Source: Octopus sinensis (taxonomy: Eukaryota). From it: a stretch of 64,000 nt of DNA. Shown one piece after another: positions 12,790-23,727 of this stretch. The notes beneath the pieces were generated by a model, which was not told where the DNA came from, made no database searches, and saw only the letters and a list, made by a program, of their open reading frames with translations. A program made the translations under genes and the position numbers. The DNA is taken from contig NC_043000.1 of the NCBI RefSeq assembly GCF_006345805.1, positions 104,470,001 to 104,534,000 on the forward strand, read 5' to 3'. Positions within the stretch are counted from its first letter, which is position 1, and every line of letters begins with the position of its first letter.

Positions 12790-13240
12790 TTATTTAATAC
12801 CCTTTTTTCCATGCTGATTTGGGTTGGATGGTTTGATAAGAACTGGTAAGGCTGTAGGCCACATCAGGTGCCATTGTTATGGCATGGTTTCTATGGCTGG
12901 ATGCCTTTCCTAACACCAATCACTTTACAGAGTATATTGGGTGCTTTTTGTATGGCATCAGCAGTGACAGGGTTACCAGGTAACTTGCAGGACAAAAATA
13001 CTCTCAGCTTGGAGGAGTGACTAATAGTAAGGAGGGAAGTGGCTTTGTACCAGGTGATGAGAGATTAGAAGTGTAAAAGGATAAAAGTAGGTGTCCTGCA
13101 GTAGAGTAGATACATGAATACTCTATTTGAAAAAGAAAAGAGAGGAGTTAGAGAGTAAGATAAAGAGCAAATATCTAACCAATTAGTGGCAGAATCAGAG
13201 GACACTTGATGTATTTAGTTATGTCCTTTAGTGTTAAGAA
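12790..13240 (-). mobile_element. RTE-type LINE 3' tail fragment
   Basis: Matches the tail (ttttccatgctg..gggttggatggttt, ggctggatgcc.ttcc) of the RTE copy at 18219-19005. Confidence 0.55.
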
Positions 13241-13679
13241 TTTGATTTTAAGTCCTGACAATGTTCATTTAACTTCACCAAACTCTCCCCCAAAATGTGT
13301 GGCTCTGTGTCAATATTAAGAATGAGAGGTTAGTAGGATTGGTAGACTGCCAAACAAAATTCTTTGTTTCAGTTACTGAGTTTGAATCTTAGAAAGGTCA
13401 CTTATTTTATCAACCTTGGTAATTACCACTAAAGTACTGGGGTAAATGTATGACTTTGTGCTAATATCAGAAAGTTTTAAACTATGGAAGAGTGACGAGT
13501 ACTAAATAACAGTTAAGTGTTGGATTAAAAACCTTGATGTAGTAAACCTCTTGATTATTTATGTTCCTTTATAGCCTAAGTTCAAGTTCCCTTTGAGTTG
13601 ATTTTGCAGGTTATCTCCACAGAAAGAACCTGCAACTGAATTCTGAAGAGATGATTAACAAATAGTCCAAAATATTAAT

Positions 13680-13685
13680 TTTATT
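13680..13685 (-). terminator. Candidate polyadenylation signal of MRPL50 (AATAAA on minus strand)
   Basis: TTTATT on + strand, about 35 nt past the stop codon. Confidence 0.4.
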
Positions 13686-13719
13686 ACAAATCAAATATCT
13701 AAATGATCATTGTAGGATG

Positions 13720-14037
13720 TTAACGAGATGTCTTCACTCGATGTTGTCCATCATGACCCTTGTATTTATGTTTGTATTTGATGCTGGTAACTACAGTTGG
13801 TCTGTCTGGGAAAGCTGTTCGCCCACCAAACATTGTGTCAGTGTCAGGATGAAAACGAACTGGTTCCATCTGGATGTGTAGGTTTCGAGGAAGGTCTAAT
13901 TTTGATATATCTTCGTATGATGATGTGTCTCTTATTTCTGTTTGGAAGAATTCCATAGCTTTTGTTATGTCTGTTATGAAGTTCAGTTCTGAATTGGGAA
14001 TATCATGTTCAAATTCTTCAATACATTTACAAAGGAA
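13720..14037 (-). CDS. MRPL50: MRPL50 exon 4 (terminal)
   Basis: atttcag acceptor (CAG at 14040-14038); 318 nt to TAA; inside ORF 13720-14079. Confidence 0.92.
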   Translation of the reverse strand, partial: FLCKCIEEFEHDIPNSELNFITDITKAMEFFQTEIRDTSSYEDISKLDLPRNLHIQMEPVRFHPDTDTMFGGRTAFPDRPTVVTSIKYKHKYKGHDGQHRVKTSR

Positions 14038-17000
14038 CTGAAATAAATCAAAAGACAAATTCTTTAAAATACAGTCCAACAGATGAAAATATTTATTTTA
14101 ATAAATCATTTATATTTATATAGTTTGCTTTGGGTGAACAGTTTACACTGAGCTTTGTTTGAAAGATATTTTCTTCAAGGATTATTTAATATAAAAGTTT
14201 TTATATGCTTCTTTTTTAATCAACAAAAGGCTTCACAATATTTAAACATAGACCATTATCTTGGGTTGAAAAGTAAAGATTACCTTTAGACATTTTTAGT
14301 AACATATTTTTGTCAATATTCATTTTGATCAATTTATCAGTAAGTTCATTACAGCCACCTTTTTGATAGCAAACAATATATTCATCCACATTTATGAAAC
14401 TTTCGAAAATGTATAACAGATTAAAAAAAATATAAACAGAAGTAAAATTAACAACTAAACAGACAGTTATAAAATAGTCAAAATTTGTTGAGATCCTAAG
14501 GTAAAAAAAGAAGGATCATCTTTAAACATTTTTATAACAACAATTCATTCATTTCTAGTTGTTGCAAGTCAAAATGAAATTGTAGATATCAGTCAATTTT
14601 AGGTAAAGGAAATGTGGGAGAGGTATGACACAAAAGAAAATACCTCTTGTTTTGATATAGAAAGGGTATGTTAAAAGGTGACAGTCTATCAAAAAAAAAT
14701 GTGGGAGGGACTTGAAAGAGGATTTGGAGAAAGCTCTGGCAACATGTGCCTTGATTTGAAAACCAAGAATCAGGTAAGCAGATAGGAAAAGTTGTGATGT
14801 CACACATCTGTCCCCAGACTGGTGCTACAGTACATGAGAAAAAAGAAACAAAGGTTATGGCTAGAGATATTAATAGAGACTGTCATCCTTAGCTTATCAC
14901 TATTATGATACAGAATGAAGAGGTGGTCTGTAACAATACATGGTCTGGTGGGATCTGCATAGACCTCTAAGTCCTGATGACCCTTCAAAAACAAGGCTAT
15001 AATTAAAGCTGTACTTCATTGAGGGATTTGAGAGTGGGGTCAGTTAGACTGGTAGTGCAATGTAGAAAGTTATAACATGTGGCAGTGAAGTTTGCTTGAG
15101 GCTTTCTACTGAGAGAAAATGGAAAAGAACTAAAAAGAGCAGTGGACAGTAATAACAGCTTGCCACTGAGGTAATGACCATGGCTGCTGCTACAACTCTG
15201 AGAACAACCTGATTGGAAGTAAAGGAAATCACCTTATCTTCAGGGCCACCAGCACCTCAGGCTGATGAGGAGAAATGACACTGAAAACCTGAGGGCATCT
15301 CCTTCTCTATCAAAAAACTAGCCAGCAGCTACAAAATGTAGTACCATTCCACCATCTTCAAGTGATGATGAGGGGAAGAAGGTAAAATGGAAGAATTCAA
15401 GGACAAGTAAATGAGCTCTGACTAAAGGCAAGTAAGAGTGGGAAGTCTTTCTTGAAGCTGTAACAAATCCTTGATCTGCTTGAAATTCACTCCTTAGAAT
15501 TACCAATGATAAACTAATGTAGGGTTTCTCAAACTGAGTTTTGCAGAACCCCAGGGTTCTTTGAAAAAAACTCTGGGGTGTCTATAACTAAAAATTTATT
15601 TCATAATAAAACAGTGTTTGCCACTTTCAAAAAATGAAAATAAGCTATGGTTTTTATATGAATTCTTTCTCTGAAACAAAAGTTGCTTCATGATGTATTA
15701 AAATTGCTGACTTTGTACCAGAATTAGAAACCGTTATTAATATTGGTTTCAAATTTTAGTAGAAGGCTAGCAATTTTGGGGGAGAGGGGGTAATTTAATT
15801 ACATTGACCCCAATACTTAAGTGTTACTTATTTTATTGACCCTGCAAGAATGAAAGGCAAAATCGATCCCAGTATTTGAATTCAGAATGTAAAGAAGGAC
15901 AAAATGCCACTAAGCATTTTACCTGGCATACAAATGATGCTACCATTATCAATATTATGAATTATTTAAAGTAGTGCGTTGGTAAAATCATTAGTGTCTG
16001 AAAAAAATACCTTGCGGTATTTGTTTCAAATCTTTACATTTTGAGTTCAAATTCTGCCAAGGTCAACTTTACCATTACCTTTCCTCCTTTCAGGGTCAAA
16101 ATAAATTATCAAGTACTGGGGTCAATGGTATTGACAAACTGGCCTTGTGCCTAAATCAGAAACCATTATAATTATTAACTTGTGGTATTTGTTCTGGCTC
16201 TTTACAATTGAAATTCAAATCTCACCGAAAGTAACTTTACCTTTCATCTTTTTGGGGTTAATAAAATAAAGTAAAAGTCAAAATACTGGGGTCAACATAA
16301 CTGTTTTCTCCCATTATTTTCATTAGCATGACAAACTGACAGAAATAGTACTAAATGCCTTGCCTTTACAATATATAGTATCACACATCTACTCTAACTG
16401 TAGGGCTAGTTTTGTACTTTGCTTTTACATATTTAACCCTTTAGTGTTCGCATTATTCTGCCAAAATTAATGCTTTTTCATCTACATTGTTTTGAACTAA
16501 TCATGCATTATCTTGTAGCTATGAGATTTTGATGAGGTAGCTGTTAATTTTTAAAACAATATTGTAGGGTTGGTGTGAGAGATCAGATCTGGCCAGTTTG
16601 AACATAAAACAGGCAGAATACTTTTGGCCGGTTACGCCGGTTTAAATGCTATAGGGTTAATGAAATAAGTACCAGTCATATATGAGGGTTGATTGAATTA
16701 AACCTATCTTTGTGGTTTGTGCTGCAGATTGAAATCAGTATTTGGTCATATCTTCGTATGTTCTGAGTTGAAATTCAATCAATGTTAACTTTGCTTTCTA
16801 TCCTCCTGTTGTTGATAAATATAAGTCAAATATTCTTTCTGCTATAAGCACAAGGCTTGAAATTTAGGAGAAGATGACTAGATGACTACACTGACCCCAG
16901 TGCTCAAATGGTACTTATATTATTGACCCCAAAGGGATGAAAAACAATGCCAACCTTGGTGACATTAGAATTCAGAACAGAAAGCAGAAAGAAATGGTGC

Positions 17001-20000
17001 TATGCATTTAATCTGGTATATGCTAATGATTGTGTCAGCTCACCACTTAAATACCATTAAGTACTATTTAACTAAATTAAATTACTAATTACTATTTAAT
17101 TAAATACTAAATATTTAACTAACTGTATCCTTCCTCACAAAATTGTACTGCATTCAAAAATCATCATTATAATTTTAATTTTACAATATTTCATCCTGTT
17201 ATGATTGATAAGTGTTTTTTTTTTGTTTTTTGCTAGGCAAATGTTCTTGAATAAAGAAACAAGCAACTCTTTACAGCTAAATCATCAAACTAACCAACAG
17301 ATTGGATGTAAACATCAAGTTGTTAATTCAAGTAGTTAAAACAATAAACACAAATGAGTGAACATACCTTAAATTTAAGAAGGCGATCATCCAAAGTTAT
17401 TTTCTTCCAGTCTGATACCTCGCCAAAAACATCTGTAGCAATCTGTTCCATTTTATGTTCCATGTTTGATGGTGGTTTATAGCTTTTCACTGTACGGACT
17501 GACCTATAAATCAAGATTAAAAAGCAAAAGCTAAGATGTCAGAGTTTCAGAATGACATGGAGATAACATGAGAATTCAGTAGGTTCATATGTTAGTCATT
17601 ACAACTAATCAAATAGAAGAGTACAGCTTTAGATTGACGTTTCCACACTGTTATGGTGTAAGTAATATTTACAGAAGCTGTCCTTTGACACAGTTTTGTT
17701 TGCAGCAAAGTATGCTCTATTGGATGTGTAATCTCAGTACACATGAACAACATGCTACTGATGAACTGAGAGGTAAACTAGGCTTAAATGCAAGAATGAA
17801 AACTATGTTTGTATAGACACATGACATGTATGGAGAATAACAAATGGGTAAAGAAGTGCTAGGGTATCCAAGTAGAAAGAAATTGTGGAAGAGGAGGATA
17901 TGGGCAGAAATAGTAAAAGTTGATTGATCTTAGAATGTTGAGCCTCACACAAAAGCTGGCAAACAAAGTCATGCAGTTGATGAAAAATCACTTATGAAAT
18001 ACACGTGTGCCACTATGAGTTGTCCACAAACTATAAAGTCCACCTTAATGTGAGATAATTGCTACGACAGTGTGAACAAAAGCAAATGAAGTGGTTGGAT
18101 TAGATATCAAAATGGGCCTGCAGATGAGATGACACAAAATGAAGATGAGAAGTGATATACTGTAAAGTAAGTAGACAGTACAAAGAAGAGATAATTTATC
18201 AACCAAGTTGGTCATAAACATCATCATTTAACGTCTGTTTTCCATGCTGGCATGGGTTGGATGGTTTTATTAGGAGCTGGCCAGCTGCTCAGGCTCAATA
18301 TCTGTTTTGGCATGGTTTCTACAACTGGATGACCTTCCTGACATCAACCATTTTATAGTGTACTGGGTGTTTTTATGTGGCACCAGCACCCACAAGACTT
18401 CAAGGTTAGGAATGCTCAGCTGGAGAGGGATGCAGGGGACATCCTGTATGCTAGGACAACCACACTTTTGCTTGGCTGACCGTCTTCTCAAGCACAACAA
18501 ACTATCAGGAGTCTTGGTCCCATCATCCCCTCTGTGAGTCCCAATGTCCATAGATCCTTTCTCACCATTTTGTCTTACATCTCCTTGGGTCTACTGCTTC
18601 CACATGTTCCCTCTACAATTTGAGATTGGCACCTCTTGCCGCAGCTGTTTGCATTCATATGCATTACATGGCTGTATCAGCTCAGTCTTCTCTATTACAC
18701 ATTACATCTGATGCCTAGTGTACCCAGTTTTCCTCTCAAATTGTATATGCATTCTGACATTATCCATCCAGTGGAGCATACTGGCTTCATTTCTTTCAAG
18801 CCTTTGCATATCCTCAGTAGTCACAGTCCATGTCTCATTGCCATGTAGAATAGCTGTTTGTACACAGGCATCATACAATCTGCCTTTCACTCTGAGGGAG
18901 AGGCCCTTCATTACTAGTAGCTCTCTGAACTTTGCCCAGCCTGTACTTATTGTAGGAGCTATGCTTTCAGAACAACCTCCCCGACTGTTAACTTGGTCAC
19001 CTAAGTAATTATTCTTTATCTGAAGAGTTTCTAATAGGAAATTCTTTCCATGTCAATCTAACATGTAAATCTTTGTGATTCCTATTAACAAATGAAACAA
19101 GTGTAATGGAGAATAAATAATACCAAAAGATTTCCATTTTCCTATTTTATCATAAATTAACACTGCAACTAGTTTTTCTATAATTCTCAATTTTAATATG
19201 TATTTTGACTCACATACAGCACCAACTATGGAAACATATTGATTGTAATATTGGAATAAGCAGATGTGCTTCAAGAGGAAACAGCTAGGATTTACCCTAA
19301 CTTAAATATATATATATATATATATATATATACACTGTATTTTCTGGTTATACGTGTTGAATTTTCAGACCAAAATTTAGAGCCAAAAAGAGTAGGTTGA
19401 TTTAAAGACATGACTTTGGAGAATCACAGATTTCATGGGAAATGCAACAAGATTTGGAAAGATAATAATGATGTTTGAATCATCATCATTTAACGTCTGT
19501 CTTCCATACTAGCATGGGTGGGACATGTTTACACTATATACTATGTCAACTTGTATGCTAGGAAATAAGAAGGTGGTGCATGATATGAGGTAGATTTGGA
19601 TACTATTTCTAACCGGTCAAGTGATTACAAACCACAAGCTCACACAAATTAGCTGTCATAGTCATTGTTTTGTCCCTGATCATTCGTTTGGGCAGACCTA
19701 TGGCCAATATATATTTTTGTATATCAAAGACTACATTGCCCAAAATAGTTTTCCTTCTGATGACAAAATGTGATATTAGAAATTTAGCAGCTATTTCTTT
19801 CAGGCTGAGTGCCACATAGAGGCCCCCCTCACTGGAAACAAAAAATAGAAAAATGAAATATATTTATTGAGCTAGTGATAAACCAAACAACTTACGATCT
19901 TTTTTTCAAGGAAGAATAACGTTCTCTTGTAGATGGACCATCTTGTATAGGATTAAAAGATCTCTCATCACTTTCATCTTTCTTGGCTTTTTTACGGAAG

Positions 20001-20836
20001 AAAGCAGTTCTTGATGGAATCTACAACAAAGAAATTTTTTTTGTAAATCTTAATTTCTATGCTTTTTTGGCATAAAATAATATTGTAAAAACAGCAGGGA
20101 AATTGAAAAATTTCTGTCCTTTGACATACATTGAACCACAGATCCTCTGCTGACTATCAGGTTACCATATGTGTTCTAATGGTTTATATTTCTCTTTTAC
20201 TTCATGTGAATTGTGATGTGTGTATCGAAACTATATATGACAAGAATGATTAAAAAAGTGTTTTTTTCAAAAATAAGAACACTTTAACATGAAACAACAA
20301 TAATCAGACCAAATCATTTGCCAAACAAGACTAATTCTCTAAGTATATTTCTTTCATTTATTGACTTTCCTCATTATCACCATTTCAACGTCCACTTTTT
20401 TATGCTTGCATGGGTTAGATGGAATTTGTTGTGGCAGGTTTTCTATAGTCGAATACCCTTTTTGTTACCAATCCTCATCTATTTTGAAGCAAGTAATATT
20501 TTCCCAAGGCCAGACATGTTTACCTGGAAGATTGGAAATGAATGATACGGCTTGATGCTGGTTTACAATTCCCATACGATGTCAACACACACACAACTTT
20601 CAATTTCCATCTACCAAATACACTCACAAGCCTTTGGTCTGCCCGGGGCTACGGTAGTAGACACTTGCCAAGAGAATCATGTTTTTTTTTGGTTGTTTCA
20701 GAAATAAGTTGACTCGCAAAGTCATATATGTACAGGGTCTATTATAAAGGAGCCCTCACAAAGATACTTTAAGGAACTAGTGACCACTTCGAGATGTAAG
20801 AAATTACGAAATACTTCTATTTGTATTGTAGTAGAC

Positions 20837-20869
<33 letters not shown>

Positions 20870-22268
20870 TACTTGAACTAGTATTTCTTTTATTGTGCTT
20901 TCCACTTTCATGTTGACAATGAATATCAATCAGAATAATGTAATATTTATTTTATGTTGATAATGACTGTGAACATGTTATCGAATGGTTAAGATTTTGA
21001 TTTTATTTCCTTTCTGATTAAAAAAGGAAAGAAAGAAAAATTATCAACACTTTCGAAAACGTATCTCAACAAAATTTTATTAAAAAATATATATTATAAA
21101 GAAAGTTATAAGGGAACAAAGTCGCTGCCCGGTTTACCACCTTGGGTACCCTTATTGGAGAACATTCTGTTGCAAGTATTCGGGCCAAGTCGTCCTTCCT
21201 CTCAGGGGCACTTAGCTCGCACACTTTCAAGAGTCCGATTATGGAGCAGCCCTTCTTTCAGTAGCTTAACGGTTAAAAAACAAAAATTCTTGCATGCTTT
21301 CAATACACGGTACTACCTAAGAAGAGTGGTCCCGGTGCGCGCACTCGCGTTAGCTAGTCGTGACTAGTCGATCCTTACTTTGTGTTTTTGTTTCATTTAC
21401 TTTGTTTAAAAAATTATTTTCTTTGTGTTTTTGTGTTTTATTTACTTTGTTTTAAAAAAATTATTTACTTTGTGTAAAAATTTATTTATTTTGTGTTTTA
21501 TTTACTTTGCTAGATAGTCGTTGTAGGATCGACTAGTCGCGAGTGCGTGCACCGGGACCACTCTTCTTTAGTACCTCAATACACTTTGTTTAATAATGCA
21601 AACATGCTCTAGTCATGACACACACATAAAAATTTTTTTTACACAGCTAAACTATATTTTGGCCAAATAAATACTATGGAAGTACTTAAGTCGATTCAAT
21701 TTACCAGGCACTAGACCTGAAAGGCGTGACCTTGTATTTACGTTAGGAATCATTATATGATTACAAACTAATAAAATACAGATGAATAACTGTATCGCCA
21801 TGTTTTGATGGTTATTGTGATTAAAATAATGCAAAGAAATAATCATTATTACAAACTAAACTGTCGTTAACTTCGATAAAAAAACAAAAAAAAAACAAAT
21901 TAAGCAGTCATTGTCTAGACTAGGGATAATACATTTCGGGCCTTGTATTAAACAAAAAATATGTGAGATTTTGGATAAATACATAATGACAATTACATGA
22001 TAAATATAATGTCTTGTTTTGGGTAACATGAGATATATGAAAACTTTGGACCCAGTGTGGGGTCAATGTGATCTGCCATGACCAAGGAACGATCATTTGT
22101 AAAATAAAAAAGGCAATGAATAAAAAAGAGATAATAGTTATGATGTAAAGAACAAGGAAAAAGTAGATTACAATATCATCTTACTTGGCCAAGGATAGGA
22201 ACAACGGAGGCAATTCCCAAAGGAGCCGAGGCGACAGGTTTTAATAACGTTCTACAGAAGGTCGACAT
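13720..22268 (-). CDS. MRPL50: Mitochondrial large-subunit ribosomal protein L50 (mL50), complete; complement(join(13720-14037,17368-17503,19896-20020,22185-22268)), 220 aa
   Basis: Four GT-AG exons (84+125+136+318 = 663 nt) splice in frame: MSTFCRTLLKPVASAPLGIASVVPILGQ-IPSRTAFFRKKAKK...-SVRTVKSYKPPSNMEHKMEQIATDVFGEVSDWKKITLDDRLLKFK-FLCKCIEEFEHDIPNSEL...LDLPRNLHIQ...*. Core aligns by eye with mL50 (R..Y.PP..., W.dIsL.D.rLKF, H.vPNS.L, LP.NL.I); N-terminus resembles a mitochondrial presequence (Arg/Lys, Ser/Thr, no acidic residues). Confidence 0.9.
15743..17045. mobile_element. Cluster of at least five SINE family 1 copies in alternating orientation (about 15743-15945 -, 15975-16175 +, 16180-16300 +, 16735-16830 +, 16840-17045 -)
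   Basis: Repeated family body motifs on both strands within MRPL50 intron 3. Confidence 0.75.
17368..17503 (-). CDS. MRPL50: MRPL50 exon 3
   Basis: tttatag acceptor, GTATGT donor; 136 nt; inside ORF 17323-17514. Confidence 0.92.
17720..18000 (+). mobile_element. Highly degenerate RTE LINE 3' fragment
   Basis: SMLYWMCNLSTHEQHATDELRGKLGL resembles the post-RT segment of the 18219-19005 copy. Confidence 0.55.
18219..19005 (-). mobile_element. 5'-truncated RTE-clade LINE (3' end) in MRPL50 intron 2
   Basis: ORF 18702-18911 KGRLYDACVQTAILHGNETW...LERNEASMLHWM is a typical RTE post-RT segment; ends in a (GAT)n-like tail at about 18219. Confidence 0.85.
19896..20020 (-). CDS. MRPL50: MRPL50 exon 2 (IPSRTAFFRKKAKKDESDERSFNPIQDGPSTRERYSSLKKRS)
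   Basis: ttgtag acceptor, GTAAGT donor; 125 nt, phases 0 and 2 fit both neighbours. Confidence 0.82.
21309..21575. mobile_element. MITE with ~50-bp TIRs and 9-bp target-site duplication (Mutator/MULE-like)
   Basis: TCAATACAC at 21300-21308 and 21576-21584; TIRs GGTACTA..AAGAAGAGTGGTCCCGGTGC.CGCACTCGCG...ACTAGTCGATCC and reverse complement; internal TTTACTTTG tandem repeats. Confidence 0.88.
22185..22268 (-). CDS. MRPL50: MRPL50 exon 1 coding part (mitochondrial targeting peptide)
   Basis: ATG at 22268-22266 with in-frame upstream stop, GTAAGA donor; phase 0; lies in a CpG-containing island. Confidence 0.8.
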
Positions 22269-22600
22269 TGTTACCTTGGCCGGTGGAAATGCGACTAGTT
22301 ATGTCTAGCACATATTCATTAGAGAAAGGCGGTGTGTGATCTAAGGGAGGTAACTCTAGTCGGCATATTTTTCAATAGCTTCATTTGAGAATCTAATGTT
22401 CCGAGGTTGAGTGAGAGAGAAAAATGTTTTCTTTTTGTATAATGCATCATTTTATTTGAGGCAGATCACTACCAATTTTCTCAGATTTATTTATTTATTT
22501 ATTTATTTATATATTTATTTATTTTAAAAATCTGTTTGGTTGTCAATGGACATAAAAACGCCTTTATTTTCGTACGAACGAAGGTGATGTTTTAGCAGAA
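22269..22600 (-). promoter_or_regulatory. Probable 5'UTR/core promoter of MRPL50
   Basis: Non-repetitive, CpG-containing sequence directly upstream of the ATG; positional inference only. Confidence 0.4.
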
Positions 22601-22914
22601 AATACAAAGCTCTTGATGTTTTGCAACATAGTTATCAACCATTACGTTCTTGGTTCAAATCTCACTGTGGTCGACTTTGCCTTTCATCCATTTAGAGTTG
22701 TTAAAATAAAACACACATGTTACTTAGTAGACCTGTGACCTAAGGCCTACCAGTTGTAACCATCCGGTTTTTTTTTCTCAGATAAAGTATAGTATCCAAT
22801 ATACCTCCACCCCGGTTTTTTTTTCAAACAAAGGTAGTGTATGATTTGAGAGAGATACGGGTGCTATATACACAGCAGGTCCATTCGTTGCTTTGGAGAA
22901 ATACACGTTGCAAA

Positions 22915-23117
22915 TTTTGGTGAGGGGGTGGGGAGGACTAAGTCGATTACATCGACCCCTGCACTCAACTGGTACTTATTCTATCGACCCCGAAAGGATA
23001 AAAGGCAAAGTTAACCTTGGTGGAATTTGAACTCAGAACGTAAAGACGAACGAAATGCCGTTTAGCCTAGCAACATTTGGTCCGGCGTGCTAACGATTCT
23101 GCCAGCTCGCTGCCTTA
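22915..23117 (-). mobile_element. SINE family 1 copy (well preserved)
   Basis: Near-consensus body, head ends aacgattctgccagctcgc. Confidence 0.85.
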
Positions 23118-23727
23118 TAAAAGTCAAATATTGGAGCCACGATCTAATGGACTCTATCGCTGCACCCAAACATTCATAAACCCCACTCCTTCACCCGCGT
23201 CCAGTGTGGGGAATTCCAGGTAAAGTTCATCCCGGGACTAATGAACAACAAGCACGCTACCTGCTATAATGTATACAGCTTTTGGATGATTTATTAAAAG
23301 CATGCTTAGGCAACACGGCACTCAAGACTCATGCGGCCTTTTGAGTTTTGTAAACATGCAATGTCATGTCTATATAAACACAACCTTTCACTAAAATTTG
23401 AAAGCATAATCTTTAGTTCTGATCTACTTGAATAATTTTGATTCTTTCTTACCCCAGACTTTCTTATTCGTCCAGACTTTCTCTCGATTAAGATTTACTA
23501 GAGCCGGAAGATTCCTCGAACTGGCCACCAGCAAGAACCTTTTACATAATATATTTGTTAAATTATTCTTTCAATGGTGTGGTTCGATGTTTTATAAGGC
23601 CTTCCACTTATAAAAGGCCTCTTACTAATAAAAAATTTAATGCCTTGCCTGTTTATAGACGTAGTTTTATAGCAGGTTTGAAGTTCTCGTTTGTAATTTT
23701 TCGCTTTAAATTTGTTCGAAAAGATGA

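Noticed and set aside
13643-13672. CTGAAGA...stem...CAAA, a hammerhead/Penelope-like motif
   Set aside because: The essential GAAA is absent and no stem III or cleavage triplet could be built.
15255-15294. CCTCAGG-CTGATGA...GAAA-A-CCTGAGG, looks like a hammerhead ribozyme
   Set aside because: No valid stem II closing pair, and no stem III or NUH site between GAAA and the closing helix.
162-22268. Minor (U12) or non-canonical introns in ADHFE1 and MRPL50
   Set aside because: All nine introns have U2-type GTAAG/GTATG donors and AG acceptors.
23118-23350. RNase MRP/P or 7SK RNA
   Set aside because: Only superficial 3' similarity (CACGGCACTCA); conserved GAAAGUC and P4 motifs not found. Kept only as an unexplained segment.
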